Shown here in pieces: positions 58,921-64,000 of a stretch of 64,000 nt of DNA. The stretch's first letter is position 1; every line of letters begins with the position of its first letter. A model generated the notes under the pieces. The model worked only from the letters and a program-made list of their open reading frames with translations, was not told the origin of the DNA and ran no database searches. Made by a program: the position numbers and the translations under genes. This DNA comes from an uncultured Spirochaetota bacterium (lineage in GTDB: Bacteria > Spirochaetota > Spirochaetia > SZUA-6 > Fen-1364), in NCBI GenBank assembly GCA_963820525.1, contig CAWGAA010000003.1, positions 64,001 through 128,000 of the forward strand. Reading direction: 5' to 3'.

Positions 58921-60006
58921 ATGCGCGGAACCTTCACGCGATACCTGCCCGTCCTCGCCCTCGCCGCCGCAAGCGTTCTCGTTCAGCTCGTGCTTTCCGC
59001 CCTCAAGCTCGAGTACTGGCTCACCCAGCTCACCATGGCGGCATACACGACGCTCGCGGCCCTGGGCCTGAGCCTCCTCATGGGCTATGCGGGCCAGGTA
59101 TCGATGGGGCATGCGGGGTTCGTGGCCATCGGCGGCTACTCTTCCGCGGTCCTCACGACGCTGAACATCCTTCCCATGGCCGCAAGCCCGCTTGTCGCCT
59201 TCCTCCTCAAGGTTGGATTGGCCGCCTCCGGCGCCGACATCTACGGCGCGCCGGTGATGCGCGTGAGCCCATGGCTCGCGTTCGCGGCGGCGGTCGTCAT
59301 TGCCGCGATTGTAGCCCTGACGATCGGCGTGCCCGTGCTCCGCCTTCACGGCCACTACCTCGCCATGGCAACCCTCGGCTTCGGCTTCATCGTCTCTCGC
59401 GTCCTGCTGGGCACGAGAATCCTCGGAGAGGCGGATGGGATCTCCGATATTCCCGCCTTTTCGCTGTTCGCCGGTCTTGTGGTCACGGGCAAGAGGGCGC
59501 TGCGCGTCCAGAACTACTACATCGCCTGGGCCCTCGTGGCCGTCGGGGTCCTCCTCGTGGTGAACCTCATCAACTCGCGGGCCGGCCGGGCGCTGCGCGC
59601 GGTGCACGGCAACGAGGAGGCCGCCGCGGCGGTCGGGGTGGACGTGGCGCGCTTCAAGCTGGCCGCCTTCGTCATGAGCGCCATCTACGCCGCCGTGGCC
59701 GGAGCATGCCTGGCCCATTTCAACGGGGGGATCGGTCCCGCGGAGGCGGGGATCATGAAGTCGGTGCGCTACGTTGCCCTCGTGGCGGCGGGCGGCATGG
59801 GAAACGTCTGGGGCACCCTGGCCGTCTCGGCGCTCCTCACCTTCCTTTCCCTGCGCGGCGTGTTCGGGCTCTACGACGATGCCTTCTTCGGAGCGGTGCT
59901 CGTGGCGGTGATGCTCTTCGCCCCGCAGGGGATGTTCCGGATCTTCGGGGCCCTCAAGGGGTCGATCGCAGTGGTGACGAGATGGAAGACGCGCGCCGGC
60001 CGCTGA
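58921..60006 (+). CDS. livM: LivM-type permease
   Basis: GYAGQVSMGHAGF, LRLHGHYLAMATL, SRAGRALRA, PQG. Confidence 0.88.
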   Translation: MRGTFTRYLPVLALAAASVLVQLVLSALKLEYWLTQLTMAAYTTLAALGLSLLMGYAGQVSMGHAGFVAIGGYSSAVLTTLNILPMAASPLVAFLLKVGLAASGADIYGAPVMRVSPWLAFAAAVVIAAIVALTIGVPVLRLHGHYLAMATLGFGFIVSRVLLGTRILGEADGISDIPAFSLFAGLVVTGKRALRVQNYYIAWALVAVGVLLVVNLINSRAGRALRAVHGNEEAAAAVGVDVARFKLAAFVMSAIYAAVAGACLAHFNGGIGPAEAGIMKSVRYVALVAAGGMGNVWGTLAVSALLTFLSLRGVFGLYDDAFFGAVLVAVMLFAPQGMFRIFGALKGSIAVVTRWKTRAGR

Positions 60007-60776
60007 CGCAAGAGCCGATCCTCGAGATCGCCGACCTGCATCACTGGTTCGGCGGCCTGCACGTGATCGACGGCGTGAGCCTCTCCTGCCGCGCGGGGAT
60101 CGTGAAGGCGATCATCGGACCCAATGGAGCGGGAAAGACCACCCTCTTCAACCTCATCTCCGGAAGCCTCACCCCCCTGTCGGGAAGCATCAGGTTCCTC
60201 GGCGAGGAGCTGGCCGGCTTCAAGCCCCATCGGATCGCCCAGCGCGGCATCGCGCGAACCTTCCAGGCAAGCCACCTGTTTCCGGGGATGACGGTGCTGG
60301 AGAACGTGATGACGGGCAGGCACGTGAAAAGCCGCGCCGGGTTTCTCTCCGGGATGCTCGCCCTGCCGCACGCCCTGCGGGAGGAGCGCAGGATACGGGA
60401 GGATTCAATGGAGATCCTCCAGGAGCTGGGCATCGCGGGGCTCGCCCGCAAGGAAGGCGGGAGTCTCCCGTTCGGCCAGCAGCGGATCGTGGAAATAGCC
60501 CGCGCCCTTGCGGCGCGCCCGCGGCTGCTTCTCCTGGACGAGCCGGCCTGCGGCCTCACCATGAACGAGACGGAAGCGCTGGGCGGGCTCATTTCCCGCA
60601 TCAAGGAAGCGGGCACCACCGTTATAATCGTGGAGCACGACATGGCTCTGGTGATGGGCATCTCCGACGAGGTCGTGGCGCTCAGCTATGGCCGAAAGAT
60701 CGCCGAAGGCACTCCGCGGGAAGTGCAGGCGAACCCCGAAGTGGTCGCCGTTTACCTGGGGGCCGCGGATGCTTAG
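59982..60776 (+). CDS. livG: LivG-type ATPase
   Basis: FGGL, GPNGAGKTT, GIARTFQ, LPFGQQR, LDEP, VEHDM. Confidence 0.9.
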   Translation: MEDARRPLTQEPILEIADLHHWFGGLHVIDGVSLSCRAGIVKAIIGPNGAGKTTLFNLISGSLTPLSGSIRFLGEELAGFKPHRIAQRGIARTFQASHLFPGMTVLENVMTGRHVKSRAGFLSGMLALPHALREERRIREDSMEILQELGIAGLARKEGGSLPFGQQRIVEIARALAARPRLLLLDEPACGLTMNETEALGGLISRIKEAGTTVIIVEHDMALVMGISDEVVALSYGRKIAEGTPREVQANPEVVAVYLGAADA

Positions 60777-61515
60777 AGTGACGAACCTCCGCGCCGGATA
60801 CGGAAAAGTGGAAGTCCTCTCCGGCGTCTCCCTCCACGTTGATCCGGGTGAGATCGTGGCGCTGATCGGAGCCAACGGGGCGGGCAAGAGCACCCTCCTG
60901 GGCGCCGTGGCGGGGATCGTGAAACCGCGCGGCGGCTCCATCGCTTTCCAGAAGAAGGAGATCGCCGGCATCACCGCCGAGGAGATCGCGGAGCGCGGCT
61001 GCCTGCTCGTCCCCGAGGGAAGGCAGATCTTCTCCGACATGTCCGTGTTCGAGAACCTCCTCCTGGGCGGCTACCTCCGCCTGCGCTCGCCCGAGCGCGG
61101 CTCCGTCGCGTCCGACATGGAGAAAATCTACGGCCTCTTCCCGATCCTTCGAAAAAGGCGCGAGCAGCAGGCCGGCACCCTCTCCGGAGGGGAACAGCAG
61201 ATGCTGGCCCTGGGCCGCGCCCTCATGGGACGGCCCAAGATCCTGATGCTGGACGAGCCTTCCATAGGGCTTGCTCCCCTCGTCGTGAAGAGCATCATGG
61301 AGGTGATCGGGGAGCTTCGCGGCCAGGGGACCACGATCCTGCTGGTGGAGCAGAACGCGCGCGCCGCGCTCTCCATCGCGGACCGCGGCTACGTGATGGA
61401 GGCGGGGAGAATCGCGTTGGAAGGGAGCGCGCGGGAGCTTGCCGACAACCGGGACGTGCAGCGGGCGTACCTCGGCAAGGAATATTCGAGGATCAACGAG
61501 CGGGGGCAGGTATGA
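60769..61515 (+). CDS. livF: LivF-type ATPase
   Basis: GANGAGKST, VPEGR, LSGGEQQMLA, LDEPS.GLAP, VEQN. Confidence 0.92.
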   Translation: MLRVTNLRAGYGKVEVLSGVSLHVDPGEIVALIGANGAGKSTLLGAVAGIVKPRGGSIAFQKKEIAGITAEEIAERGCLLVPEGRQIFSDMSVFENLLLGGYLRLRSPERGSVASDMEKIYGLFPILRKRREQQAGTLSGGEQQMLALGRALMGRPKILMLDEPSIGLAPLVVKSIMEVIGELRGQGTTILLVEQNARAALSIADRGYVMEAGRIALEGSARELADNRDVQRAYLGKEYSRINERGQV

Positions 61516-62816
61516 TCTTGAACGAAAAGTTCGAATGCATGGACAGGGAAGACCTGGCGCAGGTCCAGGTGGAGCGCCTGCAGTCGGCGCTGACCCGCGC
61601 GCGCAGGAACGTGGCCTTCTATCGCAGCGCCTTCGAGAGGGGCGGCGTCTCGATCGAGGACGTGAAGAGCGTGGCGGATCTTGCCCGCCTGCCCTTCACC
61701 ACCAAGGAGGACCTGCGCGCCAGCTATCCCTACGACATGTTCGCCGTGCCCCTTCGCGACATCGTGCGGATGCACTCCACCTCCGGCACCACGGGCACCC
61801 CCGTGGTTGTGGGCTATACGCCGAACGACATCAGGAGCTGGACCGAATGCGTGGCCAGAGTCCTGGCAGCGGGAGGAGTGACCGAGCACGACGTGGTGCA
61901 GGTGGCTTTCACCTACGGGCTTTTCAGCGGCGGCCTCGGGTTCCACTACGCCGCGGAGAAGCTCGGCGCCTCGGTGGTGCCCGCTTCGGGGGCGGGGCTG
62001 GAGAAGCAGTGCCTGATCCTTCGCGACTTCATGACCACCGCCCTTGCCTGCACGCCGAGCTACGCGCTGGCCATCGCGGACGAGCTTTTACGGATGGGAA
62101 TCAAGCCGGGGGAGATCGCGCTTCGGGTGGGCTTCTTCGGGGCCGAGCCGTGGAGTGAGAGCCTTCGCTCGCAGCTGGAGGAGAGGCTCGGCGTCACGGC
62201 GCTGGACAACTACGGGCTCACCGAGGTCCTCGGTCCCGGGGTATCCTTCGAATGCGAGGCCAAGGAGGGGCTCCACGTCAATGAAGACCACTTTATCGCG
62301 GAGGTGATAGATCCCAAGACCCTCACGCCGCTTCCCATGGGAAGCGAGGGCGAGCTCGTCTTCACAACGATTACCAAGGAAGGGTTCCCCCTCATCCGCT
62401 ACAGGACGGGAGATCTTGCCACGCTTACCGCCAAGCCGTGCCGTTGCGGCAGGAGCCTTGCGCGCATGTCCCGCATCCGCGGCCGCATCGACGATCTGAT
62501 CATCCTCGGCGACGTGAAGGTGTTCCCGACCCAGGTGGAGCAGATCCTTCTCGCCGAGCAGGGCGTGGAGCCTCACTACGAGATCGTTGTGGACCGCATC
62601 GGAGGAAAGGACACCCTGGAAGTCCGGGTCGAGATCTCGCAGGCCATGCCCGAGCTCGACGAGATGAAGACCCTCGAGCGGGTCAAGGAAAGGATCGTGC
62701 GCAGGCTGGACACGGTGCTTGGCGTCCAGGCGAAGGTGACCCTCGTGGAGCCGGGAACCTTCGCGCCGGGCGGGGGTGGCAAGATCAAGCGGGTTGTTGA
62801 CAAAAGGCGGCGGTGA
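61512..62816 (+). CDS. paaK: Phenylacetate-CoA ligase family protein (copy 3)
   Basis: LPFTTKEDLR, HSTSGTTG, YGLTE, RYRTGD. Confidence 0.88.
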   Translation: MILNEKFECMDREDLAQVQVERLQSALTRARRNVAFYRSAFERGGVSIEDVKSVADLARLPFTTKEDLRASYPYDMFAVPLRDIVRMHSTSGTTGTPVVVGYTPNDIRSWTECVARVLAAGGVTEHDVVQVAFTYGLFSGGLGFHYAAEKLGASVVPASGAGLEKQCLILRDFMTTALACTPSYALAIADELLRMGIKPGEIALRVGFFGAEPWSESLRSQLEERLGVTALDNYGLTEVLGPGVSFECEAKEGLHVNEDHFIAEVIDPKTLTPLPMGSEGELVFTTITKEGFPLIRYRTGDLATLTAKPCRCGRSLARMSRIRGRIDDLIILGDVKVFPTQVEQILLAEQGVEPHYEIVVDRIGGKDTLEVRVEISQAMPELDEMKTLERVKERIVRRLDTVLGVQAKVTLVEPGTFAPGGGGKIKRVVDKRRR

Positions 62817-62832
62817 GGGCTCATTATCAATC

Positions 62833-63738
62833 GTGCCGGAGCTTCCGGACCTCGAATATATAGCGAAAAAGCTTTCACCCCTTCTGGCGGGCAGGCGGAT
62901 CGTGGATGTGGCCGTAAAGGAACCCATCGTCATCCGCATGCTCGTTGCCGGCTCATTTTCCGACGCTTTGAAAGGAAAGACCTTCGCCGGGCTCGTTCGC
63001 CACGGCCCCTTCCTCAGCTTCAGCCTGCTCGACGGCCTGGAGCTCATCATCCACCACATGCTTGCCGGCAGGCTCCAGATAGCCCCGAAATCGCAAAAGC
63101 CCCTATCCCACCTCTGCTTCAGCCTCTCTCTTGATGACGGGCCCCGCCTCAGCTATGGGGACGACAAGAAAATGGGGAAGGTCTACGTGACCCAGGCGGG
63201 CTCGCGCTCTGCCATCCCCGGCTTCGATACCCAGGGGATCGACATCCTTTCCACTGGTTTCACGCTCGAAGTGTTCGAGAAGCTCATAAAGGGGAGAAGG
63301 CAGCAGGCGCGGGTCTTCATCATGGACCAGAGCGCACTGAGCGCCATCGGAAACGCCTACGCAGACGAGATCCTGTTCGCCGCCGGGATCCATCCCAAGA
63401 CCCTCTGCATCAGCCTGACCGAGGAGGAGCGGAAAAATCTTTACGAAAGCATCCGCTCCATCATCGCCTGGGGAATCTCCGAGGTGGAGAAGGCGGGCAT
63501 GCCAATCGAAGAGAAGGTGCGCGGCCACATGAAAGTGCGAAACAGGAAGGGCGAGCCGTGTCCCGTCTGCGGCACGACGATACGCAGGGCGGGAGTTCTG
63601 GGTTATGACTCGTTCTTCTGCCCACGATGCCAGCCCGGCCCATGGACGGGCAAGCCAGGCAAAGGCTCGAATGCCGGAAGTCTGCCCAGCCCAGGGACGG
63701 GCGAGGCCGGCGGTGGCCCGCGGCGGCTTGCCAAGTAA
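62833..63738 (+). CDS. Fpg/Nei family DNA glycosylase
   Basis: N-terminal (M)PELPD, H2TH IGNAYADEILF, zinc finger CPVCG...FCPRCQ; low-complexity tail. Confidence 0.9.
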   Translation: MPELPDLEYIAKKLSPLLAGRRIVDVAVKEPIVIRMLVAGSFSDALKGKTFAGLVRHGPFLSFSLLDGLELIIHHMLAGRLQIAPKSQKPLSHLCFSLSLDDGPRLSYGDDKKMGKVYVTQAGSRSAIPGFDTQGIDILSTGFTLEVFEKLIKGRRQQARVFIMDQSALSAIGNAYADEILFAAGIHPKTLCISLTEEERKNLYESIRSIIAWGISEVEKAGMPIEEKVRGHMKVRNRKGEPCPVCGTTIRRAGVLGYDSFFCPRCQPGPWTGKPGKGSNAGSLPSPGTGEAGGGPRRLAK

Positions 63739-63875
63739 AACGAGGCAAACGCCGCGTCGGATGCCGGAAGACGGCCCGCGAAGCGTTCGCAAAAGATCCC
63801 CTGGTAGGGCGGACGGCCCTGCCTGCCGGCACCGCGCGGCTTGACTTTATGGCTCCTCTTCCCCTAGATAGCCGC

Positions 63876-64000
63876 ATGGGACAGACCGCATGCAAAGGGG
63901 AGCACCAGGGCCACCTGTGCGTGCTCGCGAGCAAAGGGCTCATCGACCAGATCAAGGGCATGACCACGAAGCCCCGCTTCATTTGCTTCAACTGCGGTCG
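63876..64000 (+). CDS. Partial small Cys/His-rich putative metal-binding protein
   Basis: MGQTACKGEHQGHLCVLASKGLIDQIKGMTTKPRFICFNCG runs off the right edge; TTGACT at 63841. Confidence 0.65.
   Translation, partial: MGQTACKGEHQGHLCVLASKGLIDQIKGMTTKPRFICFNCG

Noticed and set aside
56992..59718. 908-aa minus-strand ORF, and similar long antisense ORFs (e.g. 12941-14377, 14113-15456, 51022-52188)
   Set aside because: Shadow ORFs opposite well-supported genes, expected at high GC; no recognisable motifs.

Overview
GC-rich bacterial chromosomal window, most likely a free-living anaerobic spirochaete (Spirochaetia). This assignment is inferred from a long Borrelia/Treponema-type thymidine kinase, an orphan FliG1-like paralogue and spirochaete-style lipoproteins. 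Housekeeping content: an argR-argC-argB-argD-argG-short argA operon with tandem ARG boxes, lnt, tRNA-Pro(GGG), tRNA-Phe(GAA), arcC, glpK, metF, asnS, an EndoQ-UvrD fusion, Fpg/Nei, two ABC exporter modules (one with a NarL-type two-component system, one with MarR), and a cluster of three PaaK-like ligases, two ACT proteins and a Liv-type ABC importer. Most notable: (1) an AT-rich orphan T4 gp19/Afp-type tail-tube gene with an N-terminal Sec signal peptide and its own promoter, with no other tail genes in the window; (2) a tightly linked envelope-spanning operon encoding an outer-membrane beta-barrel, a 7xFN3+Kelch lipoprotein and a periplasmic-TPR/TM/degenerate HD-GYP protein; (3) dispersed GC-rich hairpins capped by ANGGAY hexaloops resembling CsrA sites; (4) several apparently leaderless genes. 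Two frameshifts (5-FCL, second paaK) may be assembly indels. No CRISPR array, rRNA, integrase or transposase was seen. All family calls are by motif recognition only; no searches were run.
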